Of a stretch of 64,000 nucleotides of DNA, positions 21,608-32,661 are shown piece by piece; the first letter of the stretch is position 1; the number at the start of each line of letters is the position of its first letter. This DNA is from Myxococcota bacterium (GTDB lineage Bacteria; Myxococcota_A; UBA9160; UBA4427). The stretch is from contig OZ252299.1 of assembly GCA_965250285.1 (NCBI GenBank), positions 4,096,001-4,160,000 on the forward strand, read 5' to 3'. The notes beneath the pieces are model-generated. The model did no database searches. It was not told the origin of the DNA and saw only the letters and a list, made by a program, of their open reading frames with translations. A program made the translations under genes and the position numbers.

Positions 21608-23427
21608 CCGCGGCTGAACTCGATCCCGTCGAAGTCGCCGGCTTCTCGCCAGGCCTTGAGGATGCCGAAGTACTCGATCGACCCGCCGCCGTACGGCGCG
21701 CCTTCCGCCGCGCGCGGGTTCGGCTTGCCCTCGTTGTTGTAGTAGCCCGGCGTGCACTCGCCGCCGGCCGCGGCGGCCGGGCCGCCGGTCGCCTTCGACA
21801 CGATCACGTCGGCCCACGCCTTCTCGGCCTCGGGGGTCGGCTCGATCACCTTGCTCCCGGTCTCCATCGCGTGTTTCACGAGGTGTGCAATGTGCGTCGA
21901 GACCTCGTCGAGCATGTGCGGGTAGTTGGCGGTGAAGCCGCCCTGCATGATGCTCATGATGAAGCAGTTCGGATGGTCATGGGTCATGATGCCGTGCAGG
22001 GTGCGAATGCCGTCCTGATCCCACTTCTCGGTCATCGTGCGACCATCGCGACCGATGATCTCGTAGCCGGCGCGCCGTGCGTACGACGTGCCGACCTCGA
22101 AGCCGGTGGCGAAGATGATGCAGTCGACCGGATACTCGACGCCGCCCACGACGATGCCATCTTTCGTGATCCGCTCGACGCCCTGGCCGTCGGTATCGAC
22201 GAGCTCGACGTTCGGCCGGTTGAAGGTCTGCAGGTACTCGTCGTGGAAGCACGGCCGCTTGCAGAACATCGCGTAGTAGGGCTTGAGCGCTTCGGCGGTC
22301 TCGGCATCGCCCACGATCTCTTCGGCGCGAGCGCGGATCTCGTTCATCTTCTCGAAGTTCGCCAGCTCGAGCATCTCGGGCAGGGAACGCCCGCTGCCGT
22401 CCCCACCCGAGCGGAACATCCGCATCATCTTGCCGATCAGATCGGTCCAGCCGTCGTCGACGAGGTCGACGGGCTGCGGCACGCCCGAGACGAGCGCGTT
22501 GAAGTTCTCCATGCGCTCGCGGTGCCAGCCGGGCTCGAGGCTACCCGCCCAATCGGGATCGGTGGGTCGATTGTCTCGCACGTCGACGCCCGAGGGCGTC
22601 CTCTGGAACAGGTAGAGCTGCTTCGCCGCCGCGCCGACGTGCGGCACGACCTGAACGGCGGTCGCACCGGTGCCGATGATGGCGACGCGCTTGTCGGCCA
22701 GCCCGTCGAGATCGCCATCGGGTGAGCCCCCGGTGTAGTCGTAGTCCCAGCGGCTGGTGTGGAACGTGTGCCCCTCGAACTCGGTGATGCCGGGGATCCC
22801 GGGCAGCTTCGGCCGGTGCAGGGGGCCGTTCGCCATCGCGACGAACCTCGCGCGGATCTCGTCGCCTCGATTGGTCGTCACGATCCAGCGCGCGGCGGCG
22901 TCGTCCCAGCGCATGCCCGTGACTTCGGTCTGGAAGAGCGCACCGTCGTAGAGATCGTAGTGACGCGCGATCGCCCGACTGTGCGCCAGGATCTCGGGGG
23001 CGTGCACGTACTTCTCGGTCGGGACGTAGTCGAGCTCTTCGAGCAGCGGCAGGTAGACGTACGACTCGACGTCGCACTGTGCACCGGGGTAACGATTCCA
23101 ATACCAGGTGCCGCCGAAGTCTCCGCCCTTCTCGATCAGGACGATGTCTTCGACGCCGGCTTCGCGCAGCCTCGCCCCCGCCTGCAGGCCGCCGAAGCCA
23201 CCTCCGATCAGTACGACGTCGTGCTCAGCCGAGATCGGTGCGCGCTCGAAGCCCGGGTCGACGTAGGGGTCTTCGACGTAGTGACCGAACTCGCCCTTCA
23301 CCTCGATGTACTGCTCGTTGCCGTCGTCACGCAGACGCTTCTCGCGCTCGACGCGGTACTTCTCACGCAGCGCGACGATGTCGAAGTCGATGTCATTGCC
23401 TTCGGGTGCTTCGGGGCTGCTGCTCAT
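21604..23427 (-). CDS. Type I Baeyer-Villiger monooxygenase
   Basis: [17 protein letters not shown], fingerprint [18 protein letters not shown]. Confidence 0.94.
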   Translation of the reverse strand: MSSSPEAPEGNDIDFDIVALREKYRVEREKRLRDDGNEQYIEVKGEFGHYVEDPYVDPGFERAPISAEHDVVLIGGGFGGLQAGARLREAGVEDIVLIEKGGDFGGTWYWNRYPGAQCDVESYVYLPLLEELDYVPTEKYVHAPEILAHSRAIARHYDLYDGALFQTEVTGMRWDDAAARWIVTTNRGDEIRARFVAMANGPLHRPKLPGIPGITEFEGHTFHTSRWDYDYTGGSPDGDLDGLADKRVAIIGTGATAVQVVPHVGAAAKQLYLFQRTPSGVDVRDNRPTDPDWAGSLEPGWHRERMENFNALVSGVPQPVDLVDDGWTDLIGKMMRMFRSGGDGSGRSLPEMLELANFEKMNEIRARAEEIVGDAETAEALKPYYAMFCKRPCFHDEYLQTFNRPNVELVDTDGQGVERITKDGIVVGGVEYPVDCIIFATGFEVGTSYARRAGYEIIGRDGRTMTEKWDQDGIRTLHGIMTHDHPNCFIMSIMQGGFTANYPHMLDEVSTHIAHLVKHAMETGSKVIEPTPEAEKAWADVIVSKATGGPAAAAGGECTPGYYNNEGKPNPRAAEGAPYGGGSIEYFGILKAWREAGDFDGIEFSRG

Positions 23428-25544
23428 GATCCTCCTCTCGCTCCTGTCGCGGTCGGGGGGGCTTGCGGTCGGGCTGTCGTCGAGGCCGACTCGATCCCCA
23501 TCTTCGGTGCGGTGTCGGGCCGAATCCAGATGGGCGAGCTCCAGGCCCGCTCCTGAATCGTACGCGGTAGATCGCTGCGTGGCTCGACGCCGACGCGCAA
23601 CGCGTCCCAGGTCGACCAGCGGCACGTCGGGTTCTCGAGGGCACGCGCGTAATAGAAGGCACGCTGCCCCTTGCGCCAGCTCGGGTCTCGCCAGGCGACG
23701 CGGAGTTCGCCGGCGCCGCGATCCGTCGAAATGGCGCAGGTATCGGGATCGACCTTGGCCCCGTTATCGGGGCAGCGATGGGTACTCGGGTCGACGCGGC
23801 CGCCATCGGTACAGGCGACGTCGAAGACGCGCTCCCGCGTCTCGCCGTCGTTGTCGACCCAGCCCTTCACGATCTGCACTCGCTGGAGCGGCGCCGTGGT
23901 CGGGTCGGCGAACGCCCAGACGAGGAAGCTCGGCGCCGAATCGACGCCGTCGAGTTCGCCGCCCATCGCCACGCCCTCGGCATACGCGCGCTCGACGACG
24001 TCGGGTGCGTCGATCAGCTCGCGGTCGTAGTAGTGGGCGCCGAAGAAGCGCAGCCGGATGCGCGGGCCCGACGTTGCGAAGGTCTCCTTGCGACGGAACG
24101 CGTCGTAGATCGACGCTCGCGTGTTCTCCTCGGCCCAGACTCCGGCGAGCCCCGATGCGCCGTACGTCGGCGAAGCGCTCGACGTGTAGAGCTTGCCGTC
24201 GACCTCCTTCCCGAACTCGGGCGCGACGAGGCGAACCGCGAGCGAGCTCCAGAAGCCCATGGGCGTCGAGCCGCGCAGGTCGGGTGTCGCGTCGAGGAGG
24301 CCGATCTTGGCGAAATAGTCTGACTCGTCGATCGAGGCGGCGGCGGTGTGCGTGTCACTCGAGCCGATCACGCCGAACGCATAGGGGTTGGTCACGCCGC
24401 GCGACTCGAAGGCGATGCCTTCGCGCAGCGCGTCTCGCACGTAGCTACCCTTCGGCTCGCTGAGCATCATGGTCGCCACGCGGTAGGGCATGATCTCGAA
24501 GTCGGCCCACTCGTCACGCGCCGACAGCACCGGGTGGGTCTCCGAGGTGCCCTTCACCTGGGTGATCTCGACGAGGGGCTCATTGCGAACCCGCTGGCGC
24601 GCGTAGGCGTCGTCGATCGGGTCGCCCGCCCAATCCTCGAGCTTGAACATCTGCCCGTTCGAGCCGTTCGAGTTGTGCGGGATCGCGAGCGCCTCGATCC
24701 CCTGGGCGCGCAGGCCGTCGAGCCAGTCCCACAGACCTTCCGGGTTCTGCGAGTGGAATCTCGAAAACGGCACCGCCGGCAGCCGGTCGCTCCCGCGGAA
24801 GATCACGTTGCGGTGCAGGTTGCCGCGGTCGTCGCTCGACGTCGTGTACTCATAGGCGACGAAGGTCGTGAATCGGCCGGGCACGTTGTGGCGCTCGGCC
24901 GCCTCGATCGAGTCGCGCCAGGCGCTGCGGGTGATGTCGAGGGTCTCTTGGCGGTCGAGCTCACCCCGGTCGATGGCTTCGAGCAGGCTCGGCAGGAAGC
25001 CGGCGAACGTGCGAACACGTCGGAAGAGACTCAGCAGATCGTCGCTGTTGTCGGCGTTCAGATCGTTGAGGGGCTTGCCCACCTCGGTCTGCGAGAAGGC
25101 GGTCGACGTGTCGCCCGCGGCCGCTGCGGCCCCCATGAACATCGCGTGGTCGGTGACGGCGTAGAAGTCGAGGGGCTCACCCAGCTGGACCTCGAAGCCC
25201 GCCGGGTGCTCGATCGCCTCGCCGCGCGCATAGCGGTACGCATCGTCGGGCGTCGCCATCGTGCCGAACGCATACGCATCGAACGAGTAGGTGGTGTGGA
25301 CGTGCAGATCCCCGAAGAAGGCTTCGCGGGTGGCGCCCCGCGACGGCTCGAGGTCGAGGATCTCGCCGTCGTCGACGAAGACGTTCGAGACCGACAGGCG
25401 GCGCATCAGGTCGTTGCTGTCCTCGTCGGTCTGCATGAGCGGCTCGGGCTCGCCGGAGCAACCGATGAGCGCCCCCAGCGCCGCGAGCAGAAGGGGCCAG
25501 ACGCGGCGAGCGATGCGGCGGGAGGGGGGCGCACACGGGACCAC
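23424..25544 (-). CDS. DUF3604 (PHP-like metallohydrolase) lipoprotein
   Basis: AGGAG + GTG; lipobox [44 protein letters not shown]. Confidence 0.88.
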   Translation of the reverse strand: MVPCAPPSRRIARRVWPLLLAALGALIGCSGEPEPLMQTDEDSNDLMRRLSVSNVFVDDGEILDLEPSRGATREAFFGDLHVHTTYSFDAYAFGTMATPDDAYRYARGEAIEHPAGFEVQLGEPLDFYAVTDHAMFMGAAAAAGDTSTAFSQTEVGKPLNDLNADNSDDLLSLFRRVRTFAGFLPSLLEAIDRGELDRQETLDITRSAWRDSIEAAERHNVPGRFTTFVAYEYTTSSDDRGNLHRNVIFRGSDRLPAVPFSRFHSQNPEGLWDWLDGLRAQGIEALAIPHNSNGSNGQMFKLEDWAGDPIDDAYARQRVRNEPLVEITQVKGTSETHPVLSARDEWADFEIMPYRVATMMLSEPKGSYVRDALREGIAFESRGVTNPYAFGVIGSSDTHTAAASIDESDYFAKIGLLDATPDLRGSTPMGFWSSLAVRLVAPEFGKEVDGKLYTSSASPTYGASGLAGVWAEENTRASIYDAFRRKETFATSGPRIRLRFFGAHYYDRELIDAPDVVERAYAEGVAMGGELDGVDSAPSFLVWAFADPTTAPLQRVQIVKGWVDNDGETRERVFDVACTDGGRVDPSTHRCPDNGAKVDPDTCAISTDRGAGELRVAWRDPSWRKGQRAFYYARALENPTCRWSTWDALRVGVEPRSDLPRTIQERAWSSPIWIRPDTAPKMGIESASTTARPQAPPTATGARGGS

Positions 25545-25729
25545 GAGGGCTCCTTCTCAGTACCGGACGGCGGGCCGCGCTCGGGCCCGCACGGGGTGGG
25601 CTGTGGAGGTTGACCGAAGACGGGTTGGGCTGCAATTTCGCCCCCCGACTGCCGAAGAGACCCTGGAAGGCGGTCTCCGCGACGAGACCCGCGCCCGACC
25701 CGAACCGCTCCCCACGGAGAATTCAAGCC

Positions 25730-27085
25730 ATGACGGCCTCGACCACCCTCGGCGACACCCCCGCGAAGCCCTGGGGCTCGGTCCCGAAGGATCGCTTCAT
25801 CGACACCCTGCGCGCGATGCCTCGCATTCGCCGCGACATGCTGGGGGTCGTGAGCGAGCGGCACGAACGTCATGGCCCGGTGGTGCGACAGAGCCAGGGG
25901 CCGATCCGCACCGTGAACCTCTTCGGCCCCGACGCCAATCGCCTCGTGCTGCTCGACCGCGACGGCATCTTCTCGGCGAAGGGCTCCTGGGATCTCATCA
26001 TGGGCCGAATCTTCACCAACGGCCTGCTCCTTCGGGACGGCGAAGACCACCGCTTCCATCGCCGACTCATGCGCGAGGCGTTCCGGACGCCCGCACTCCA
26101 GGCCTATCTCGATGCGATGAACGACGCGCTCATTCCGTGGGCCGAAGAGCTGGCGCAGCGCGGCGGTCAGATCGAGGCGTTCCCGACGATCAAGCAGATG
26201 ACCCTCGACATGGCTTGCCGCATCTTCCTCGGCCTGCCAGCGAACGAGGACAACACGAAGCTCAACAAGGCCTTCGAGGCGACCGTGGCGGCGTCGATGT
26301 CACTGGTCCGTCTGCCGATCCCCGGCCTCGAGTTCAATCGCGGACTCGAGGGCCGCAAATACATGATCGAGCGCTTCACGCGCCTCATCGAGGAACGCCG
26401 CAGCGGCGCAACCGGCGGCCCCGACATCTTCACCCGACTGTGTCTTGCAGAAGACGAGAACGGCGACCGTCTCGCCGATCAGGAGATCATCGATCACATG
26501 ATCTTCCTGATGATGGCCGCACACGACACGACGACGAGCGCGCTGACGTCGATGCTCTACGAGCTCGCTGCGAATCCGACGTGGCAGGATCGACTTCGCG
26601 ACGAAACGCGCGCGCTCTCGAAGCCGGCCATCGAGTGGGACGACCTGCTTGAAGTCAAGGATCACGTGCTCGCGATCCAGGAGGTGCTTCGGCGCTACCC
26701 GCCGCTCTCGACGATCCCCCGCATGGCGACTGCCGACTTCGAGTGGCAGGGGTACCAGATCCCGGCGGGCACCATGGTCGTCATCTATCCGATCCACACC
26801 CATCACCTGGATGCGTGGTGGAGCGATCCGTACCGATTCGACCCCGACCGCTTCGCCGAGGGGCGCGAAGAGCACAAGCGTCACAGCCACTCGTACCTGC
26901 CCTTCGGCGGGGGGAATCACATGTGTCTCGGGCTTCGCTTCGCCGAAACGCAGATCAAGGCTGCGCTGTTCCAGCTGCTGCAGAGAGTGCAGATCAGCGT
27001 GCCCGATGGCTACGTGATGCCGGTGCAGCAGGCGCCGATCTCGAAGCCGATGGACGGCCTGCCGCTCACGCTCGAGCGGCTGTAG
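25730..27085 (+). CDS. Cytochrome P450 (CYP136-like)
   Basis: I-helix AAHDTT, ExxR (EVLR), FDPDRF, heme motif FGGGNHMCLG. Confidence 0.95.
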   Translation: MTASTTLGDTPAKPWGSVPKDRFIDTLRAMPRIRRDMLGVVSERHERHGPVVRQSQGPIRTVNLFGPDANRLVLLDRDGIFSAKGSWDLIMGRIFTNGLLLRDGEDHRFHRRLMREAFRTPALQAYLDAMNDALIPWAEELAQRGGQIEAFPTIKQMTLDMACRIFLGLPANEDNTKLNKAFEATVAASMSLVRLPIPGLEFNRGLEGRKYMIERFTRLIEERRSGATGGPDIFTRLCLAEDENGDRLADQEIIDHMIFLMMAAHDTTTSALTSMLYELAANPTWQDRLRDETRALSKPAIEWDDLLEVKDHVLAIQEVLRRYPPLSTIPRMATADFEWQGYQIPAGTMVVIYPIHTHHLDAWWSDPYRFDPDRFAEGREEHKRHSHSYLPFGGGNHMCLGLRFAETQIKAALFQLLQRVQISVPDGYVMPVQQAPISKPMDGLPLTLERL

Positions 27086-27150
27086 CACGACCAGCGCAAC
27101 CGATCGCTTCATGTCGCTCGCGCGCCGGCGCGCTGGCCTACCCTCGCAGC

Positions 27151-27636
27151 ATGGCATCCGATCCGCCCCGCACGACACGCGCGCCCGGCGAGTACGGCCA
27201 TGAGGACACCTCGTTCCGCACGATGGGAGGCGAGGCGGGCGTGCGCCGGCTCGTCGATCGCTTCTACGATGCGATGGAGCGGCGTCCCGACGCCGCGCGC
27301 ATTCTCGGAATGCACCCGAGTGACCTGACCGTCTCGCGCGACAAGCTCTTCACCTTTCTCTGCGGCTGGCTCGGCGGCCCGAAGCGCTACGCCCAGCGCT
27401 ACGGACCGATCCGCATTCCGAGGGCCCACGCGCACCTCGACCTCGCCGAGCCCGAGCGCGATGCCTGGCTCGCCTGCATGCAGGAGGCGATCGACGGGAT
27501 GGACGTGCCGGACGATTTCAAGGCCTACTTCATGCGCGAGATCCGGGTGCCCGCCCAGCGCTCGATGGAGGTCGCCCAGCAAGCGAAGCGCGAGAAGGCC
27601 GAGAAGAAGGCGCGGCGCACAGCGGGGCGCGACTAG
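27151..27636 (+). CDS. Group II truncated hemoglobin
   Basis: MGGEAGVRRLVDRFYD, FLCGWLGGP..Y, RAHAH, ERDAWLACM. Confidence 0.9.
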   Translation: MASDPPRTTRAPGEYGHEDTSFRTMGGEAGVRRLVDRFYDAMERRPDAARILGMHPSDLTVSRDKLFTFLCGWLGGPKRYAQRYGPIRIPRAHAHLDLAEPERDAWLACMQEAIDGMDVPDDFKAYFMREIRVPAQRSMEVAQQAKREKAEKKARRTAGRD

Positions 27637-27736
27637 GGGGGCGGGGCGCGCTCGGGTGGCGCCCGGGCGCAGGTCTTGACCCACATCTCAACCGAAGGCG
27701 GCGTCCCGCCGAAACCCTCTCGAGGGAGGGGATCTC

Positions 27737-28486
27737 GTGCTGGACGTTCTGAGCGCCATCGGCGTCGCGGCCTTCGGCGTCGTGAGTCTCACCGTCGGAG
27801 CGCGCCTGCTCCTGCTGGCGGCACGCACCCATGCGCTGCCCGAGCTGGCGATCGGCATCGGCTTCGTCGTCGGTGTCCTGCTCGGGTTCGTCCCCGAGAC
27901 GCTCCTCTACTCGACCGACCTCGTCCCCGCCGCCTGGCAGCTGCCCCTCACGCGACTCGCCGAAGTCTCGATTCGAGTCTGCGCCGCCGCGATCGTCGTC
28001 TTTACCTGGCGGGTCTTCGCACCCGACGCCCCCTACGCACGGGCCGTCGTCGCCATCCTGCTCGGCTGCATGATCGCCTCGCACGTGATGGCGCCGTACG
28101 GCGACCTGCACGCCGAGACCGAGGCCGCTCGCCGCTGGGTGAAGCTCAACTTCGTGGCACGAACCGCCGCGCTGCTCTGGGGCACGATCGAGGCGATGCG
28201 CTACTGGGCCGCGAGTCGACGCCGGGCGGCGATCGGCCTCGCCGACCCCGTCGTGAGCAACCGGTTCCTGCTCTGGAGTGTCGCGATGGGCGCGGCGAGC
28301 TTCCTCATGGGCTCCGTGCTGCTCGCGCCGGTCTTCGGCCTCGAAGCGTCGGACATTCGCTGGCTGCTCGCCGAGTCGGGCTTCGGCAGCCTCGCCGCCG
28401 GCGCGATCTGGCTGACGTTCTTCCCGCCGAAGTTCTACCTCGACTGGCTGGGGGAGCGCCGCGACGCGGCGCCGGCCAGCGCCTGA
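27737..28486 (+). CDS. Hypothetical ~7-TM membrane protein
   Basis: GGAGG RBS; about seven hydrophobic segments; no recognisable catalytic domain. Confidence 0.7.
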   Translation: MLDVLSAIGVAAFGVVSLTVGARLLLLAARTHALPELAIGIGFVVGVLLGFVPETLLYSTDLVPAAWQLPLTRLAEVSIRVCAAAIVVFTWRVFAPDAPYARAVVAILLGCMIASHVMAPYGDLHAETEAARRWVKLNFVARTAALLWGTIEAMRYWAASRRRAAIGLADPVVSNRFLLWSVAMGAASFLMGSVLLAPVFGLEASDIRWLLAESGFGSLAAGAIWLTFFPPKFYLDWLGERRDAAPASA

Positions 28487-28500
28487 CGCCAGCACACGCC

Positions 28501-29301
28501 TCAGCTCACGACCATGCCCCCATCGCACGTGATGACGTCGCCGACAGTGAATGCGCCGGCGCGCGAGCACAGAAAGATCGCGAGCCCCGCGATGTCCTCG
28601 GGCGTGCCGACGCGGCCGCGGGGGTTCGTCTGACCGAGTGCGTCCCAGTCGGTGCCCTCGACGTCGCCGCCCGTCCCGACGCCCGTGCTGAGCATCCAGG
28701 TCGGGAAGGGACCGGGCGCAATGGCGTTCACGATCACGTTGCGCTTCACGAGCTTCGCGCCGAGCTGCCGGCTGAGGGCGTGAACGGCCGCCTTCGACGG
28801 ACCGTACGAGAACGTCTCGAACGCCGGCGCCTGGATGCCGTCGATCGACCCGATGTTGACGACGCGCGCGGGGTCTTCGGCCGTGCCGGCGGCCTCGAGC
28901 AGCGGAAGCAGGCGCTGAATCGTGAAGAAGACGCCCTTCACGTTCGTATCCATCACTTTGTCCCAGCCGATCTCGGGGAACTCCTCGATGGGCGCCCCCC
29001 AAGAAACACCCGCGTTGTTCACGAGGATGTCGAGCTTCGATTCGCGGCTCCTCAGCTCGCCGACGACGGCGTCGATGCCGTCGAGATCGGCGAGGTTGCC
29101 CGGCAGTGAGATGCACTCGCCTCCGTACTCGCTCGAGAGTCGCTCGGCGGTCGCGTCGCAGACCTCGGCCTTGCGCGAGCTGATGTAGACCTTCGCACCG
29201 TTCGCGAGAAAGCCCGCCGCGATCATCTCACCGATGCCGCGCGAGCCCCCCGTCACCAGGGCGACCTTGCCCTCGATCGAAAAGAGATCCTTGATCTGCA
29301 T
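28501..29301 (-). CDS. SDR family oxidoreductase
   Basis: TGGSRGIG, NNAG, YGPSK, NAIAPG. Confidence 0.95.
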   Translation of the reverse strand: MQIKDLFSIEGKVALVTGGSRGIGEMIAAGFLANGAKVYISSRKAEVCDATAERLSSEYGGECISLPGNLADLDGIDAVVGELRSRESKLDILVNNAGVSWGAPIEEFPEIGWDKVMDTNVKGVFFTIQRLLPLLEAAGTAEDPARVVNIGSIDGIQAPAFETFSYGPSKAAVHALSRQLGAKLVKRNVIVNAIAPGPFPTWMLSTGVGTGGDVEGTDWDALGQTNPRGRVGTPEDIAGLAIFLCSRAGAFTVGDVITCDGGMVVS

Positions 29302-29339
29302 GTCGTCTCCATGGACGGCGCCAGGGCCGCGTTCAACTC

Positions 29340-29834
29340 TCAGGCAGCGTCGCCAGGCGGCGCCTCGATCACGACGACCGGCGGGTCATCGAGACCGTGC
29401 TGATCCCGGCAGAGGCTGCGATAGATCTCGAGCATGAACGGCGCGTCGACCACGAGCTCGACGGCCCCCTTTGCATCGAGGTTGAGGTTCGCGCCGTGGA
29501 CCGCGAACCAGACGTCGGTGAGCTCGGTGTTCGTGTCGGGCACGGTCAACGTGTGCACCGAACCCGCGGGCTCGTAGAGATAGGATCCCGCGGTGTTGAC
29601 CGCTTCGGGGCTCTCGCGGTAATGCCACGAACCGGACAGCGTCACTGCGTACACGTGCCCCGTATGCTTGTGGGTCTGTACCACGGTGCCAGGATCGAAC
29701 TTATTCCGGACGATCCAGATGCCCTGGGCGAGATCGACCTGCAGCACCTGGAGGGTGTTGCCCTCTCCCGCCTGCACGAAGGGTAGATCCTGCTCGTTTC
29801 GATGGATGGTCGGGGGACCGAGGGGCTGATTCAT
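29340..29834 (-). CDS. Cupin, 2,4'-dihydroxyacetophenone dioxygenase-like
   Basis: THKHTG..GSWHYRE..YLYEPAGSVHTL. Confidence 0.85.
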   Translation of the reverse strand: MNQPLGPPTIHRNEQDLPFVQAGEGNTLQVLQVDLAQGIWIVRNKFDPGTVVQTHKHTGHVYAVTLSGSWHYRESPEAVNTAGSYLYEPAGSVHTLTVPDTNTELTDVWFAVHGANLNLDAKGAVELVVDAPFMLEIYRSLCRDQHGLDDPPVVVIEAPPGDAA

Positions 29835-29864
29835 CCCGCACTCCTTTCGTCAGGTGGCCGCGCT

Positions 29865-31004
29865 CTAGAAGCCCGTCAACCGCGCGAATCGGTCGCGGTG
29901 GTAGCTGCCGTCGCCGAGGGTCAGCTCCGCGGCCTTCGCACGCTTCAGGAAGAGACCGATCTCTTCTTCGTCGGTCATGCCGATGCCGCCGTGCATCTGC
30001 AGACCTTCGCAGGTGACGAGGCTCGCGGTGTCCGAACAGCGGGCTTTCGCCGCGCTGACGATGCGCGCGGCGTGCGGGCGGTCTTCGTCGAGGGCGCGGA
30101 GCGCGTCGAGGGTGATCGCCTGGCTGAGCTCGACCTCGCAGAACATGTTCGCCGCGCGGTGCTTGAGCGCCTGGAACGTGCCGATCTTCGTCCCGAACTG
30201 CTCGCGGGTCTTGAGATACTCGACCGTCCGCTCGAAGACCTCGGCGATGGTGCCGACCAGCTCTGACGAGAGCGCGGCGGCGCCGCGATCGTACACGGCG
30301 TCGAGCAGGTCGCCGCCGGCATCGATCTCGCCGAGCACGGCATCGGCACCGACCTCGACACCGTCGAGGTCGACGTTCGCCGCGTTGCGGCTGTCGACCA
30401 TCATCGTGCGCGACACGCTGCAGCCCGGCGCCGCTGGATCGACGACGAAGAGGCTGATGCCATCGCGCTCACCGCTGGCGCCGCTGGTGCGTGCAGCGAC
30501 GACGAGGCGATCGGCGACGTGACCATCGAGCACGAAGCGCTTTCGTCCACTCAGGCGATAGCCGCCGCCGCTCTTCTCGGCCTGCATCTCGATCGCGAAC
30601 GGAGCGAAGCGACTCGTCTCCTGATGCGCCAGCGCGAGCAGCGTCTCGCCCTTGCACACGCCGGGCAGGATCTCGCTCTTCTGCGCGTCGCTGCCCGCGA
30701 GCGCGACCGCGCCGCCCCCCAGCACCACCGTCGACAGGAAGGGATAGGGCGCGAGGGTGCGGCCGCACTCCTCCATCACCACGCCCAGGTCGGCGAGGCC
30801 GAGGCCCGCACCGCCGAGCTCTTCGGCGAACGGGATGCCCGCCCAGCCGAGGCCGGCCATCTCCTGCCACAGCGACTTCGAGAAGCCCACCGCGTCGGCA
30901 TCGTCGCGCAGGGCGCGCAGGTGCGTGACCGGGGCGTGCTCCTTCATGAACTCGGCAGCGCCCTGCTTGATCAGCTCCTGTTCTTCGGTCAGTACGAGGC
31001 TCAT
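29865..31004 (-). CDS. Acyl-CoA dehydrogenase (short, PimD/ChsE beta-like subunit)
   Basis: REQFG..IGTFQALKH, QMHGGIGMT. Confidence 0.93.
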   Translation of the reverse strand: MSLVLTEEQELIKQGAAEFMKEHAPVTHLRALRDDADAVGFSKSLWQEMAGLGWAGIPFAEELGGAGLGLADLGVVMEECGRTLAPYPFLSTVVLGGGAVALAGSDAQKSEILPGVCKGETLLALAHQETSRFAPFAIEMQAEKSGGGYRLSGRKRFVLDGHVADRLVVAARTSGASGERDGISLFVVDPAAPGCSVSRTMMVDSRNAANVDLDGVEVGADAVLGEIDAGGDLLDAVYDRGAAALSSELVGTIAEVFERTVEYLKTREQFGTKIGTFQALKHRAANMFCEVELSQAITLDALRALDEDRPHAARIVSAAKARCSDTASLVTCEGLQMHGGIGMTDEEEIGLFLKRAKAAELTLGDGSYHRDRFARLTGF

Positions 31005-31062
31005 TCTGTCTTTTCTCCGGGTCGCGTCGGGTGCGCAGTCGTTGCGTGGGCTTCGCCGCGCT

Positions 31063-32268
31063 TCAATCGGGCAGGCCCAGGACGCGCTTTGCGATGACGT
31101 TCAGCTGCACCTCGCTCGTGCCGCCCTCGATCGAATTGCCCTTCGAGCGAAGCCAGCCGCGCGTCTCGGCGATGTCGGCCGGCGAGAAGCCCTCGCCTTC
31201 CCAGCCGAGCGCGTCGGCGCCGCGCACCGTCATCGTGATCTCGTTGCGGCGCTTGTTCATCTCGCTGGCGTAGAGCTTGAACATCGAAGTCGCAGGCCCG
31301 GGCCCCTGCCCCGCCTTCGCCTGCTGCCCGCTGCGCTTGAGGCTCAGGCCGAAGCAGAGCGAGTCGAGCTCCCACTGTGCGATTCGGTCGCGCAGCACCG
31401 CGTCGGAGAGGCGGCCATCTTCTTCGCTGCCGAGATGAGCACGTGAGGTCTCGGCCAGAAAGCTCTTGGGTGCGGGCGGCGGGCCGGTCTTCTTCTTGCG
31501 GGGTCCGGCGGGCACACCGCCCGTGCCCATCCCGCCCGAGAGCATCGCGCGCTCGTGCTGAAGCAGTCGCTTCGCGATGGTCCAACCGCCGTTGAGCTCA
31601 CCGACGAGGTTGTGCTTCTCTGCGCGGACGTCCTGGAAGAAGACCTGGCAGAATTCGCTCGCGCCGCTGATCAGCTGAATGGGAGAGATCGTGACGCCAG
31701 CCTGGCGAAGATCGAAGAGGATGAAGCTGATGCCGTCGTGCTTCGGCGCATCGGGGTCGGTGCGCGTCAGGCAGAAGATCCAGTCGGCGTTGTGGGCGCC
31801 GGTGGTCCAGATCTTCGAGCCGTTGATCATGTAGTGGTCGCCTTCGTCGACGGCTCGGGTCTGCAGACTCGCGAGATCCGAGCCCGCGCCCGGCTCGCTG
31901 TAGCCCTGGCACCACTGGATCTCACAGCTCGTGATCTTCGAGAGGTGTTCCTTCTTCTGCGACTCGTTGCCGAACTCGAGGAGAACGGGGCCGAGCATCG
32001 TCGTGCCGAAGAAGCTCGCGACGGGTGACCAGGTCGTGTACTTCGCCTTCAGCTGCTGAAGCACCTGATCCTCGGCCTTCGAGAGACCGCCGCCGCCGTA
32101 CTCGCGCGGCCAGGTGGGCGTCGTGTAGCCGCGTTCGATGTAGGCCTGCTTCCACGCCTCGCGGTCGTCGGCGGTCGCCTCGTTCCCGGGCCGGAGCGAT
32201 TGGGGACAGTGGGCGTCGAACCAGGCTTCGAGCTCGGTGCGGAATCCATCCAGCGCATCTTCGGACAC
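31063..32268 (-). CDS. Acyl-CoA dehydrogenase (PimC/ChsE alpha-like subunit)
   Basis: WCQGYSEPGAGSDLASL, NGSKIWT, LQHER, SIEGGTSEVQ; AGAGGAG before GTG 32268. Confidence 0.93.
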   Translation of the reverse strand: MSEDALDGFRTELEAWFDAHCPQSLRPGNEATADDREAWKQAYIERGYTTPTWPREYGGGGLSKAEDQVLQQLKAKYTTWSPVASFFGTTMLGPVLLEFGNESQKKEHLSKITSCEIQWCQGYSEPGAGSDLASLQTRAVDEGDHYMINGSKIWTTGAHNADWIFCLTRTDPDAPKHDGISFILFDLRQAGVTISPIQLISGASEFCQVFFQDVRAEKHNLVGELNGGWTIAKRLLQHERAMLSGGMGTGGVPAGPRKKKTGPPPAPKSFLAETSRAHLGSEEDGRLSDAVLRDRIAQWELDSLCFGLSLKRSGQQAKAGQGPGPATSMFKLYASEMNKRRNEITMTVRGADALGWEGEGFSPADIAETRGWLRSKGNSIEGGTSEVQLNVIAKRVLGLPD

Positions 32269-32605
32269 GGACACTCCTCTCGTCTCGGTGAGGCGCCCGC
32301 GGTTCTGCGAGGGCGCGCGCGGCCGAGCACGAGATGATCCCTCGGGCGGCGCCCGCGTCAATGGAGTCGGCTGTCGAAAGCCGATCCGATCGAATCGCGG
32401 CCGGGAAGGCCCAGAGGCGCCGCGCGCGGGATCCGCAAAATCGAGCCCGGGGACGCTCCCCGCGCCGCGATGGCCGGTTCGGACGCGCAATCGCGGCGGG
32501 CGGGGCTCGCACGCGGGCGACCCACGCAGCGCCCGCCGACCCCCCCTGCGAACGGGCGGTCACCGCTCGATCAGCGGCGCACTCTCGCTGGCGCTCCAAA
32601 CGGAG

Positions 32606-32636
32606 AGGGCCGCGTCGATCGACTCGACGCGGCCCT
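32606..32636. terminator. 13-bp perfect stem-loop downstream of the ADH gene
   Basis: AGGGCCGCGTCGA-TCGAC-TCGACGCGGCCCT; no clear U tract. Confidence 0.45.
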
Positions 32637-32661
32637 TGGAGCTTTCTGCGATCACCTCGAC

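Noticed and set aside
27737..28486. Microbial rhodopsin
   Set aside because: No Lys/DxxxK within the last predicted helix
32334..32361. Sigma-70 promoter TTGACG-N16-GATCAT on the minus strand
   Set aside because: Weak -10 and short spacer; not distinguishable from chance without TSS data
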